A stretch of DNA of 64,000 nt from Octopus vulgaris. Taxonomy: Eukaryota. The stretch's first letter is position 1; each line of letters begins with the position of its first letter. A program made the position numbers and the translations under genes. Below are positions 13,700 to 25,567 of this stretch, one piece after another. The notes below the pieces were generated by a model. It did not search any database and had not been told where the DNA came from. It saw only the letters and a program-made list of their open reading frames with translations. The DNA lies in the NCBI GenBank assembly GCA_951406725.2, contig OX597825.1:12214001-12278000 (forward strand), read 5' to 3'.

Positions 13700-13851
13700 G
13701 AAAGAATGGAGTCGAACAAAGATGTTAACAAAATTCCTTTACTCTCGACCGTGTTTCTGACGTGAACCTGTTACCCAGGTTTCGGTTAAACGAATTTTCC
13801 ATGCTGACGATAAACATAGGATAATTCATTCACCTATTTATATATATATAA

Positions 13852-14189
13852 AGGCGCATGGCTCAGTGGTTAGAGCGTCGAGCTTACGATCGTGAGGTTG
13901 TGAGCTCGAATCCCGGATGCGTGTTGTGTTCTTGAGCAAGACACTTTATTTCACGTTGCTCCAGTTCACTCAGCTGTAGAAATGAGTTGCGACGTCACTG
14001 GTGCCAAGCTGTATCGACCTTTGTCTTTCCCTTGGATAACACTGGTGGCGTGGAGAGGGAGGCTGGTATATGGGCGACTGCTGGTCTTCCATAAAAAAAA
14101 TAAAAAAACAACCTTGCCCAGACTTGTGCCTCAGAGGGTAACTCTCTAGTGCAAACCCATGGTCACTCATGACCGAAGGGGGTCTTTAC

Positions 14190-14192
<3 letters not shown>
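13852..14192 (+). mobile_element. SINE family E (tRNA head plus CORE-like domain), full length
   Basis: A-box TGGCTCAGTGG, B-box-like GAGCTCGAATCCC, CORE-like CTTGAGCAAGACACTTTATTTCACGTTGCTCCAGTTCACTCAGCTGTAGAAATGAG; homologue at 40835-41090. Confidence 0.85.
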
Positions 14193-14228
<36 letters not shown>

Positions 14229-14231
<3 letters not shown>

Positions 14232-14664
14232 AAAAACAAGTCAAGATAGAAAATGCTAAAATAATTTTATAAAGAACATTTCAGTACCGGTTTCAGTCAT
14301 TGAGACTTTTTCAACTGTAACAATTAAATAATTAAATTCAGAAAAAAAAAAATTTTTTAAGAATATTTGTATAGTGTTCAAATACAAGTGGCATTTTCCT
14401 TGTTTCAGCCTGTCTCTGTGTCTCTTGTTTACTCTTGTGGGTTCGAGGCCGTTGTGAATTCCTGGTAGAGAAGAAGAAGAAGCAGAAGGAGGAGGAGGGG
14501 GAGAAGGAGGAGGAGAAGGAGGAGGAGAAGGAGGAGGAGGAGGAAGACGAAGAATTTGGGAGTGCCTAGGTTGTAATATTTTGAATGGTCAGTGGACGCT
14601 AGCAGTTGCTGTTCAATTCATGAAAATGTTTCTTTTGAATGTTTTTTACATATATAGAATTTGC

Positions 14665-14665
<1 letters not shown>
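14229..14665 (-). mobile_element. PLE 3'-terminal fragment between two (TA)n tracts, containing a (GGA/GAA)n run
   Basis: 14229-14444 matches 4038-4260; minus strand near 14598-14663 reads ...KKHFHELNSNC*, weakly like a PLE endonuclease end. Confidence 0.6.
14282..14317 (-). ncRNA. Minimal hammerhead motif (U3-A8 variant)
   Basis: Minus strand: cag-TTGAAAA-agtc tcaat gact-GAAA-ccgg-TA-ctg; stems I and II intact. Confidence 0.7.
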
Positions 14666-14719
<54 letters not shown>

Positions 14720-14848
14720 GCGACACACATTTACACACGCATACACACATATTCATATGTGTTTGTACATAGGAAAACATGGAGGAGAGCGAAGCCGGGT
14801 ATTAATATTAATAGTAAAACAATGTTTGGCTGAAAATGGAGATACGTA

Positions 14849-15055
14849 AGGCGGGTAGCTAGCAGAAACGTTAGCACAGTGACCGAAATGCTTAGCGGTA
14901 TTTCGTCTGTCTCTACATTCTGAGTTCAAATTCCGCAGAGGTCGACTTTGCTTTCATAATTTTGGGGTCGATAATTTAAGTACCGGTTGCGTACTGGAGT
15001 CGATCAAATCGACTGACACCCTTCCCCCAAAAGTTTTGGTCTTTTGCGTAAAGTA
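14849..15055 (+). mobile_element. SINE A, older subfamily with alternative tail (A2)
   Basis: Same head and core as A; tail CCCTTCCCCCAAAAGTTTTGGTC. Confidence 0.75.
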
Positions 15056-15293
15056 GACGAAAAAAGGGGAATACTCTTCGAATTGAAACTCATCTTCACT
15101 TAAACGCTTATCCGAGTTTCCTGATTGCTTAGAATGACTATGATTAATCAAGATTTATAAATGGTGAATTGCTATACAATAATTATCATGCTATATGCAA
15201 ATGTCTGTTGGGGTTAAAATACGAACTTCTATCTGTCATCTGGCAGGACGTTTCAAATTCGGAATAGTTCATAAAAACATGGATACATATTAA

Positions 15294-15869
15294 GGCGGCG
15301 AGCTGGCAGAAACGTTAGCACGCCGGGCGAAATGCCTAGCCGTATTTCGTCTGCCGTTACGTTCTGAGTTCAAATTACGCCGAGATTGACTTTGCCTTTC
15401 ATCCTTTCGGGGTCGATTAAATAAGTACCAATTACGCACGGAGGTCGATATAATCGAATTAATCCGTTTGTCTGTCCTTGTTTGTCCTCTCTTTGTTTAG
15501 CCCCTTGTGGGTAGTAAAGAAATGGGTATTTCATCTGCCGTTAGTTTCTGAGTTCAAATTCCGCCGAGGTCGACTTTGCCTTTCATCCTTTCGTGGTCGA
15601 TTAAATAAGTACCAATTACGCACGGAGGTCAATATAATCGAATTAATCCGTTTGTCTGTCCTTGTTTGTCCTCTCTTTGTTTAGCCCCTTGTGGGTAGTA
15701 AAGAAATGGGTATTTCATCTGCCGTTAGTTTCTGAGTTCAAATTCCGCCGAGGTCGACTTTGCCTTTCATCTTTTCGTGGTCGATTAAATAAGTATCGGT
15801 TACGCACTGGGGTCGACGTAATCGACTTAATCCGTTTGCCTGTCCTTGTTTGTCCGCACTGTGTGTAGC
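15294..15869 (+). mobile_element. SINE A tandem trimer (one head plus three 184-bp body units)
   Basis: Junctions AAGAAATGGGTATTTCATCTGCC at about 15525 and 15709; near-identical ORFs at 15478 and 15662 are 184 bp apart. Confidence 0.9.
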
Positions 15870-16584
15870 ATACATATGTAATATTTTGTATACATCTCTT
15901 TGTGGTTCTTCGTGTGTGAGTGTATATTGTCGCACGCGCGTGTAACATACTGTTTTTCTCTTTATATTCATTACAAAAGAAATTCCATTTAATATATTTG
16001 AATTAATAGCTTCTGCGTCAGAAGACATCGCCTTTGTCCACATATATGAGTATGTGTGTAGTGTTTTCGTATCTGGCTTTGTGTTTCGTTATGTGCATAT
16101 GTGCATATGTGTATGTGCGTACATTGATAGTGTAAATATATATATATATATATATATATATTCATGCATGCCCTTTATCATATTTAATCCTATTAAACAT
16201 CTAACTGAGAAAGTAACCATACATGTACAAAATCTATATTTATTATTCCCGGATTTATGCTAAAGTGTTTAATCAACTGCGTTTGTTGCCGCAGATACTT
16301 TTTAAAGTCTATAAAAGGAAGCTTTTAAGAAGTCATTTAGAACTTAATTTATGGTTCTTCAAGTGACCAAAAATATACTGTTTACTCCAAAGAATACAGT
16401 GACTATATTTTCTAACATCCATATTTATAAAACTAAACAGACACATGAATAGATTCTTAATGTGGAAATATATCCGTTATTATTGTGAAATGTACTTGTT
16501 GTTATACATCTGGGTTTTAAATCCCATGGAGTTTATGATATTTTAATGAAGATTTTTGGATCAATCAAATATAGAATAATATTG

Positions 16585-16770
16585 ATTTCAATGTTTGGCA
16601 CGTGAACGGCAGTTTCTGGTTCGGTATTGATTCGATTACATCAACTACAGTACTCAGCTCCTGCTTATTTTATGGACCTCGAAAGGATGGAAAGCAAAGT
16701 CAACCTCGGCGGAATTTGAACTCTAGGCATTTTGTTCGGCGTTCTATAAATCTTGCTAGCTCGCCTCCTT
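16585..16770 (-). mobile_element. Decayed SINE A2
   Basis: GAAAGGATGGAAAGCAAAGTCAACCTCGGCGGAATTTGAACTC core. Confidence 0.7.
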
Positions 16771-17179
16771 AATATGATACTGATAATGTGATAGGCAATC
16801 TCGAAATATCTCTAATGAGATGGGCAGTATTCTGTCTTATTTGTAAATAGTTCTAAGTAGTTTTAATTCAAATTTAAAATCTGCCTTTTATAAAATATTT
16901 TATAGGTTTCTGATACTCGCTGTAGTAATTAAATTATGAAACATTTATTATTTTTCATATACGGGGCAATTTAGAATAATTTTTACCATGAAAAATATAT
17001 TATAAATTGTCTGACTTTTACGTAACTAAAAATAGAGTCTTCGATATTTTCTTAAGAAATCTTTTATTCTCACTTGTTTTGGCGTCGAGGTATATTAAAG
17101 TCTTCAATTGTCTCTGGAAATTGTGGAAGGAAGCTCAGTAATAATAATACTAAACACCAGAGGCGTAAAAAGTATCATA

Positions 17180-17626
17180 CCGTTAAGAAGGAGAGCAAAA
17201 AATAAAATTGCTGTTGATACTCAGGCTGAACTGCATGAGGAAAGTGAGCAACTGTTTTTGCAAAGAAAGGGAAATCAATGACTAAGAAAAAAAAGCGTAT
17301 GAACAATTGGCTGATATGTGGGAACAAAAAGTCTTGCCTGCCCAAATATGTGACCTGTAGCAAACAAGCTAATATTGATCAGCAGCACTCTCCTGAGTAG
17401 CTACGGAACTCAGGACTAAGAGCAGAGAGCAAAAACTACATCTTAGCTGCTCAAGGTCAAAATTTACTGATCAGGAATTACCAAGTCAATGTGATGAATA
17501 ATGGAGTGGATCGAAAATACGGATTCTGCAACGGTGTTATTGAAACAGTTGACTATCTAATCTCAGGATGTAATGTCTTAGAACCGTTAGAGTATAAATG
17601 AAGACATGACAGACTTAGCCAATATC
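17180..17626 (+). mobile_element. R4/Dong-clade non-LTR retrotransposon fragment (zinc-knuckle/RHD region preceding the restriction-like endonuclease), decayed
   Basis: 17401-17626 translates LRNSGLRAESKNYILAAQGQNLLIRNYQ..GFCNGVIETVDYLISGCNVLEPLEYK*RHDRLSQY. Confidence 0.8.
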
Positions 17627-17719
17627 AAAAGAGCACTTCACAAACAAATAAACTCATCAACGGTACAATTTGGATTGTTGTAGAAAGGATGGTATTGAAG
17701 ATGAATGGGAACAGAACAT

Positions 17720-19160
17720 TGACGGAAAGAAAATGAAATAATCAACCTTGGTGGAAATGGAGAATATCAGAAAGATATAACCTCTCTGAACATTGTAGTG
17801 TGAATACTTGATACGAAAATAAAAGGGAAATTGAAGAATAGTTGTAAATTCGAAAAATTGAAGAAGTTTGATAATAGAGCATAATTCAATTGAAGAACTG
17901 AAGCAGCGCATACTTAGCAAGAAAGCAAAACTACTTAGGTTTGATCAACGAATTAAGCATTAGCAGCAAACAAGTTGTTTACTGTAGATCAAAATTATTG
18001 TATCAGGAGATTAATGATACTTTATATGCAAAAGGCTATTTCTTAATGAAGATGAATGTCGACAGTTTGGTGGGTGATATATGTAGTAAGCAAAAGCAAC
18101 ATTTTACTTGAGCTGAATGGCTCTGCAGCATGAAGCGAAGGACATCATATTCCCAGCAACAAACTATCCTCTTTATCGCGTACAGTATCAGAAATGTAGA
18201 TAAAACGATAAACAACTGAAAAGCAGTAAGGCTAGACGGCCTGCATAAATGTTTGCTAAAAAGTTCAGCGGATTACATGAATTGATTGCTGAGTAATTTA
18301 ATGAATTGATTGGTGATATCCAGGGTGGTTGACCAAAAGAAAAATGGTTTTCTGCTTGAAGGATATATAGGAACGAAATGCTGCCGATAATTGCAGGCCA
18401 ATTTCTTGACTTCCATTGATGTGGAAGTTACTGCTAAGAGAGATTGCAGAAGATAAATGCAAATTTCTTGATCAGAACGACATTTCATCAATGGTTAAAA
18501 AAAGGAATGTAGGAGGAAATGCAGAGGTACCAAAGATCAATTATTGATAGACAAATTGGTAATGCGAGGTTGAAAGCGAGAGAGGACATATTTGGGACTG
18601 TCCTTGAATAATTACACCTAAGCTTACGATATGATTACATGCCAATCTCTTTATTTCCCACAAGAGGCTAAACATAGAGGATACAAACAAGGACAGGTAA
18701 AGGGATTAAATTGATTACATCGCTCCTAGTACGTAATTGGTACTTATTTAATCGACCCCGAAAGGATGAAAGGCAAAGTCGACCTCGGCGGAATTTGAAC
18801 TTAGAACGTAGCGGCAGACGAAATATCGCTAAGCACTTTGCCCGGCGGGCTAACGATTCTGACCGCTCGCCACCCTCATGATTACTTATTGGACGATCAA
18901 TGAGCGCATGAATACGTTTGGAATTACAAGTAACGTGGTTTCCTAAGTGATCTATGGAGGGTTGGAACACAGAGTTGCCATCGCACGAACAACGTTTGGT
19001 CAATCTAGGTATTAAGAGTAAGGTTTTCCAGGAGATTCTCTCTGATCTTGGCACCAAGAAAAGTAAACCTGGGATATCAGTTCGAGCGAAAAACACGCAG
19101 AAACGACCATATTTTCATGGTTGATTTGAAGCTCTTTGGCAAGGATGAAGTACAAGATAT
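17720..19160 (+). mobile_element. R4/Dong-clade RT fragment, decayed, interrupted by SINE A
   Basis: Frameshifted motifs PWWK, IEELKQRILSKKAKLLRFDQRIK, LPLMWKLL, GCRRKCRGTKDQLLIDKLV, AYDMI, (FQ)GDSLS, HIFMVDLKLFGKDE. Confidence 0.8.
18650..18875 (-). mobile_element. SINE A inserted into the R4/Dong RT
   Basis: Family A sequence; candidate TSD ATGATTAC at 18631-18638 and 18878-18885. Confidence 0.85.
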
Positions 19161-19559
19161 ATCAATGTACAAATGGTATTATGGCGTTATTATTTGTTCC
19201 TCATTTGTTAATTAAAATTGTGTAGCTTTACTATGTCAAATAGCATATCTATACCACGAGAATAAATTTGTATCTTACTGTATTAATTATTTATATATGT
19301 TGTATGTTTTGTCGTGTCAAAATACTTATATGTTGCTATTTGCAAAATCTTTCATCTTTAGCGTTTAATGGTGTATGTAAATGTATATGTGTATGAACCT
19401 ATGTATATTATGTGATTGTGTTCATGTCTATGTATGTGTGTAAAAATATATGTGTATGTGAAGATCTATATCTGTGTGTATGTGTGTTTGTATATGTTTG
19501 CATGCATACGTATGTGTGTATGTGTGTGTGTGCGTAGAAAATGGAGAGTTTGGATACAG

Positions 19560-20920
19560 CCAAATCAATTTATTTATATAGTGTAAATACATTGTAGTGT
19601 TCCGTAGTGCCTATATAGTAGTAATTTTTTTTCCTCGGATATTATCTTGCACCCCTATATTAGACATTTTTCTTTACAAAAATTGTAAGTGGACATCTGT
19701 TTTTAATTTTGAAATCACAGATTTTATGTCCAAAACCTTCCTTTGTTTCCATATTTAAGATTCCCATTATAAGGGTTACTTCCCTTCCTCCGATGGTTGT
19801 ATGCTTAGCATTATCGTTATTTTAATTGCCACTTTTGTTATTGATTGAATCATTCACTTTGTCCTTATTCCTATTCTGAAATAAGTTATTTTAGTTTTTA
19901 TTATTAAGTGCGGATATAATTTGTGCAATCTATTTGAAGCACTAAATCCCACCTTTAATTGTCATATTAAAATTTCTTCGTGGTATTTGTTTTCCTCTGT
20001 AAATGTATAGAGATGTCCTTATGGAATAGCTTTATTATGTAGGCCTTTATTGTTTCGAAAATGGAATCATGAACCATGCTGTAACATTTTCATAGTAATT
20101 TCTCTTAGAGTGATCCTATGTTGATTAACTGCATTTACGTGTGGGGTTTACCGTTTTAGAGGATTGCTATGAATACTACTGTTTAGTATGTTGTATTTTT
20201 CAACCTATTTTGGTTTTCGTTTACATATTCACAATTATCATAATTTATGTTTTGTTTCAGGCTTTTCTCCTGTTCTCATATCTTTAACTCTTATAACATC
20301 TTTGTCGTTTCCATTCCTGTTGTATGTGTTTTCTTTGCTTGTTTTTTTCAATTAGTTTCCTGTTATTTTGTCCCATATCACTCCATCCTCTTTCTCATTG
20401 CGTTCCTTTCCAGGTCATTGTGATCTCATGCATATTTCCTCCTATCCTTTATCTTATTATTGTGAATTTTATTTTGCGTGCAGCTTTTACCATTATAATT
20501 TCCGTTTGGTCTGCAGTACATCAAATTATGTTTATATTGCTTCGTATTCGCAATGATAGTCCTTATCATTTCCTTAGTTTCCTTAGTTTCATAGTATTTA
20601 AATTTTTGTTTATATCCTGTCTTTCCTAGGGCGATATTATAATACTCAACATTCTGCCGAAACATTTCCTCTTGGGACGAGATATCAGATATTGCTTTTG
20701 ATATATTTTCTACTAAAATATGCGTAATGCATTTGGGATGATTACTTTCTATATGGATGTCCGTTAGCTTAGTAGTTGGATTATGGTATGTCTAATGTTT
20801 CCCTGTTTCTAGGGTAAAGTTAACATCCAAGAATTTGACGGAATTGTGTTGTTTTTTTTATAGGAATTGATAGTCCTATGTTCTTGAAGAATTTCTGAAA
20901 TCTTTGCGCATACATTTCTA
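19560..20920 (-). mobile_element. Penelope-like element, decayed ORF (RT C-terminal/thumb, linker, GIY-YIG endonuclease)
   Basis: Minus strand: SVKFLDVNFTLETG..IHIESNHPKCI..ISDISSQEEMFRQNVEYYNIALGKTGY; later WFMIPFSK, IKVGFS, RCPL and CKIISEEKNYYYIGTT (about 19605-19665). Confidence 0.85.
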
Positions 20921-20926
20921 ATCGCC

Positions 20927-20994
<68 letters not shown>

Positions 20995-21419
20995 TTCGGA
21001 AAGAAGATTGAGTGGAAATTCTGTCATAATGTAGATGTTTGTACTTAGAAGTCCTCAAGAGTAACTTGGGACAATAGATATGAATAGGTAATGTGAAGAA
21101 ACAAAAGACTTGGTAATTCAATCCGTAAACATGGCAGCGGCTAAAGATGGTTTCAAAGGGAAATGTACATGATAGCATAAGAATATATAATTAAACAAAC
21201 ATTAAAAAAATCTATAAAGAAATATATTAAAAATATATATGTGTAAATTACTAAATTAAAAAAAATCTCCAGATGGAGGCATGAGAACGTTAAAACATGC
21301 ATGTATAGGTAAAAGCATTGTCGAAAGTCTGAAGTGGTGATGGAAGCGAACTAAAAGCGAACTATATATATATATATATATATATACATATACACATCCA
21401 TACATACATAGATATATGT

Positions 21420-21722
21420 AGTTGAAAGACATCCTTATAGGTATAAAAATGCATTAAACAATTATGGAGAAATGAAGAAAAGATGTTGAATCAAAATGAG
21501 GTTTAATACGAAATAGTATTCAATACATACGCGCGTTTCAAAGGACAATACAAATATGTAAGATTAATTTTCTTACATATTTGTCTTGTGCTTTGACAGG
21601 CAGGTATGTATTGAATCCTATTTTGTATTAAATCTAATTGTGTTCCAACATCTTTTTCGCCTCCATTTTTCTATAATTGTTTATGGAAATTTTATACTTA
21701 TAACGATATTTTTTTTTAACTG
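21420..21722. repeat. Diverged palindrome of about 300 bp, PLE-terminal type
   Basis: Arms centred near 21567 (ACAAATATGTAAGA..TCTTACATATTTGT); minus strand has HHR 3' half GAAACGCGCGTA at about 21528-21539. Confidence 0.6.
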
Positions 21723-21911
21723 CTATTTTCATATTCTTATTATTTGCTCTGGCTAGTTTTATGAATATGATGAATGCTTATTAGAAATCATTCTTTCTCT
21801 CTTTTTGGACGTCTCAAAATGTTTGAATTGTTCTCTTTTGAACTTACTTTTTCATACATATATGTGTGTGTGTATTCATACACATGTATGTTTATTATAT
21901 GTGTATATATG

Positions 21912-21980
<69 letters not shown>

Positions 21981-22289
21981 ATATGTGTGTGTGTGTGTGT
22001 GTAAGTGTATAACACCCTCACACTCTATCTGACCCGTTTCTATAATTTGCTCTTTCTTTCTTCACTCTAACTGTTTCTGATCATGAACTAAATATAAACG
22101 CTCCATCCAGACGTAAAATCTGTATCATCCAATATCTCTGTCTGAAGAATTTCTAATAGAGATTTCCTTACCTGTCTGTCTAGCATGTAAAACTCTGTAA
22201 CTCCTATTAGCAAATGAAACGTGTAATGGTAAATAAATGATACCAATAAAGTTTCAAACGACGTTTGCTTTTTCCTTGGACAACATCGG

Positions 22290-22432
22290 TAGCAGGAATA
22301 AGGGAAACTGGTCAGCATGGGCGATGGGGGGGGGCTTCCACAAAACAACCCTGCCCGGATTTGTGCCTCAGAGGGGAACTTTCCATGTGCAATCTCATAA
22401 TATTCGTGACTGAAGGTGCTGGTGTGTACCTT
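22290..22432 (+). mobile_element. SINE E 3' tail fragment
   Basis: ACAACCCTGCCCGGATTTGTGCCTCAGAGGGGAACT matches 14108-14145. Confidence 0.6.
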
Positions 22433-22794
22433 ATAGCTATGTATGTGTGTATGTGTATTTGCGTGTTTGTGTGTACCTGTGTGTCTGTATGTGTTTATAC
22501 ATGTGATATAAGAACCTCCATTATTTTGTATAAGTAGCATATCACTAAAAGCAGTAGGCAAAACAAGTTACTGTAAAATTAATTGCTTAGATTTTGAATC
22601 TATAGAAGAGTATGATTGTATTTCTCAAATACCAAATCAGCTTTGGAACACTTATTGATTCTCAGAGCATCTGCGCCAAAGTCAACACCGAAGTGAGGGA
22701 AAGTAAGAATATACACGTCTGAGACTAACAATTATATAGACATTAGTCTCTTATGCTTTTCGCTTTCCGCTGTCACAAATGCTGGTGGATGCAT

Positions 22795-23140
22795 ACGTAT
22801 GTATGTATGTATGTATGTATGTATGTATGTATGTATGTATGTATGTATGTATATAAGTATGTATGTATGCATGCATGCATGTATGTATGTATATATGTAT
22901 GTATGTAAGTATGTATGTATGCATGCATGCATGTATGTATGTATGTATGTATGTATATATGTATGTATGTAAGTATGTATGCATGCATGTATGTATGTAT
23001 GTATGTATATATGTATGTATGTATGTATGCATGCATGCATGTATGTATGTATGTATTATGTATGTATGTATGTATGTATGCATGCATGCATGCATGCATG
23101 CATGTATGTATGTATGTATATATGTATGTATGTATGTATG

Positions 23141-23175
<35 letters not shown>

Positions 23176-23197
23176 GTATGTATGTATGCATGTATGT
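22795..23197. repeat. (TATG)n/(CATG)n compound microsatellite
   Basis: Directly visible. Confidence 0.95.
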
Positions 23198-23224
23198 ATT
23201 TATTTATTTATAGGTAGATGTATG

Positions 23225-23352
23225 TCTTAGTGTTAGGACATTGGCCTTACTGTCTCGAGGTTGTGATTTCGATTCCCTCCCCGGGCTATGTATTGAGTTC
23301 TTGGGTAAGGCCCTATTATTGCATGTTGCTCCAGTTTATTCAGCTGTAAAAA
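23225..23352 (+). mobile_element. Decayed SINE E head/CORE fragment
   Basis: TTCTTGGGTAAGG...GTTGCTCCAGTTTATTCAGCTGTAAAAA. Confidence 0.55.
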
Positions 23353-23586
23353 CTATTTTAACTATGTTGTTTTTTTACTTCCCTTTCCTGCAGCAGCGAC
23401 GGGTGAAGAACAATGAGAAGAACGTTTTCCAGAGCTCTTAAGAGAGAAGTTGTTTATAAGGTTGTTATTACTCTTAGTTTTGTCGTTGGTATATTGTTCC
23501 CAGTTGTAGCATAAAGAGAAAATATATTCTAGGCGGTGTTCACGCGCGATTCTACTGTTCATTTTGTGTTGTATATTATAGCCAAA

Positions 23587-23970
23587 GTGGAAGCGCAATG
23601 GCCCAGTGGTTAGGGCAGCGGACTCGTGGTCATAGGATCGCGGTTTCGATTCCCAGACCGGGCGTTGTGAGTGTTTATTGAGCGAAAACACCTAAAGCTC
23701 CACGAGGCTCCGGCAGGGGATTGTGGTGATCCCTGTGGTACTCTTTCACCACAGCTTTCTCTCACTCTTACTTCCTGTTTCTGTTGTACCTGTATTTCAA
23801 AGGGCCGGCCTTGTCACTCTCTGTGTCACGCTGAATATCCCCGAGAACTACGTTAAGGGTACACGTGTTTGTGGAGCACTCAGCCACTTACACGTTAATT
23901 TCACGAGCAGGCTGTTCCGCTGATTGGGATCAACCGGAACCCTCGTCGTCGTAACCGACGGAGTGCTTCG
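23587..23970 (+). mobile_element. SINE C, full length with 11-bp TSD
   Basis: Near-identical to 9207-9597; TSD ATTATAGCCAA at 23575-23585 and 23974-23984. Confidence 0.9.
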
Positions 23971-24489
23971 ATAATTATAGCCAAGACACTTAAATGAATT
24001 GATGGCAGTATAGCTTGTAGTAGTGATGCCGATGTTTGTGTTAATGTTCCTTCTGCTACCGTTACAGCTACATCGGCAGAGTAGTTGCGGATGCAGTTTT
24101 GTTGTGAGGAAATATTTACCATTTTAAATTTTAAACTTGAAGACAAAAAGTTGTAGTTCGGGAATATGGGTGTGGGACGTTTCTTCTTCATATCCTCCGG
24201 CTATTTCTTATTTTACACAACCACCTCTATTCTCCCCCACCTGGCGGTATTTACTCGAGTAGTAATTAAAATATGAATCCAAACAACAGTTTTTTTTTTT
24301 TTTCAAAATTACTTCGTCAACAAAATATAATGGGCGGTCTTCACTTCCCACTCAATTTTTTAGAAACGTATATATCTGAAATGTACAATAAGAAAAGAGA
24401 AAAATCTTCCCCAACAACACGAATTGCAAAGAAATACGTATTAGCTTTCATAATATCAATAATATAAGAATAACAAAAATAATATTTAT

Positions 24490-24625
24490 TTCAAATTTTG
24501 GCACAAGGCCAGCAATTTCGGAGGATTACATCGACTCCAGTGTTCAAATGGTAGTTATTTTATCGTCCCCGAAGCATGAAAAGCAAAGTCACCCTGGGAG
24601 GAATTCGAAATCGGAATATAGACGG
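24490..24625 (-). mobile_element. Decayed SINE A2
   Basis: TTGGCACAAGGCCAGCAATTT tail and TATCGTCCCCGAAGCATGAAAAGCAAAGTC core. Confidence 0.6.
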
Positions 24626-24934
24626 AAGTCATGCCTCTAAGAATCTTCTGAACACTTGCTTTTGTCTAATAGATATCCAGTCCTCTGGTTGTATGAGTTT
24701 CTGCATACGACATTTATTTTCAAAAGTGTTCGTTAATTACTTTTTCCTGGCAGTCATCCAAACTTCATGTTGGTAAATTCCCTTCAGATGTTCCTTTTTG
24801 TGATGTTACAGTTACTTTAATGTTTATAGCGATCATTTTTTCTTCAATTGGTTAATCCTAGGGTAACATCAGGAAGCAACATTGAGAATATGTAAGGTGA
24901 AATTGTACTGTAGTTCGAAGTTAGGGCTTCTATT

Positions 24935-25567
24935 TCTTACTTATTTCAGTTATCAGACTGCGGCCATGCTGAGGCACAACGAATCGCGCCCCGTACTATT
25001 ATTATTTTTTCTTTTACTTTTAGAAGCTTGCTATTTATTCTATCGCTGTGTTTTGCGGAACAGCTATGTTACGAGGACGTATACACAGCGGCACCAGTTC
25101 TCAAGCGGTTATAGGGGGCGAGCTGGCAGAAACGTTAGCACGCCGGGCGAAATGCTTAGCGGCATTTCGTCTGCGTTACGTTGTGAGTTCAAATTCCGCC
25201 GAGGTCGACTTTGCCTTTCATCCTTTCGGGGTCGAAACATTAAGTACCAGTTACGCACTGGGGTCGATGTAATCGACTTAATACCTATGTCTGTCCTTGT
25301 TTGTCCCCTCTGTGTTTAGCCCCTTGTGGGTAATAAAGAAATAGGTTATAGGGGGACAAACAGAAACACTAACACGCACACATACACACATGCACACACA
25401 CACACACACGCACACATACATACGACGGGATTCTTCCAGTTTCCCTCTGCCAAATCCGGCTTTGGTCGGCACTAGGCTATAGTAGATAACATTTTTCCAA
25501 ACTGCTTTGCAGTGAAACTGAATTCGGAAAAATGTAGTTGGGAAACAAGCGTCGTAACACACAGCCT
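24935..25567 (-). mobile_element. SINE B (older) split by a SINE A insertion
   Basis: Tail TTTCAGTTATCAGACTGCGGCCATGCTG at 24944; head ..CACACAGCC at about 25565. Confidence 0.75.
25114..25345 (+). mobile_element. SINE A, full length, nested in SINE B, 12-bp TSD
   Basis: TSD GGTTATAGGGGG at 25107-25118 and 25344-25355. Confidence 0.9.
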
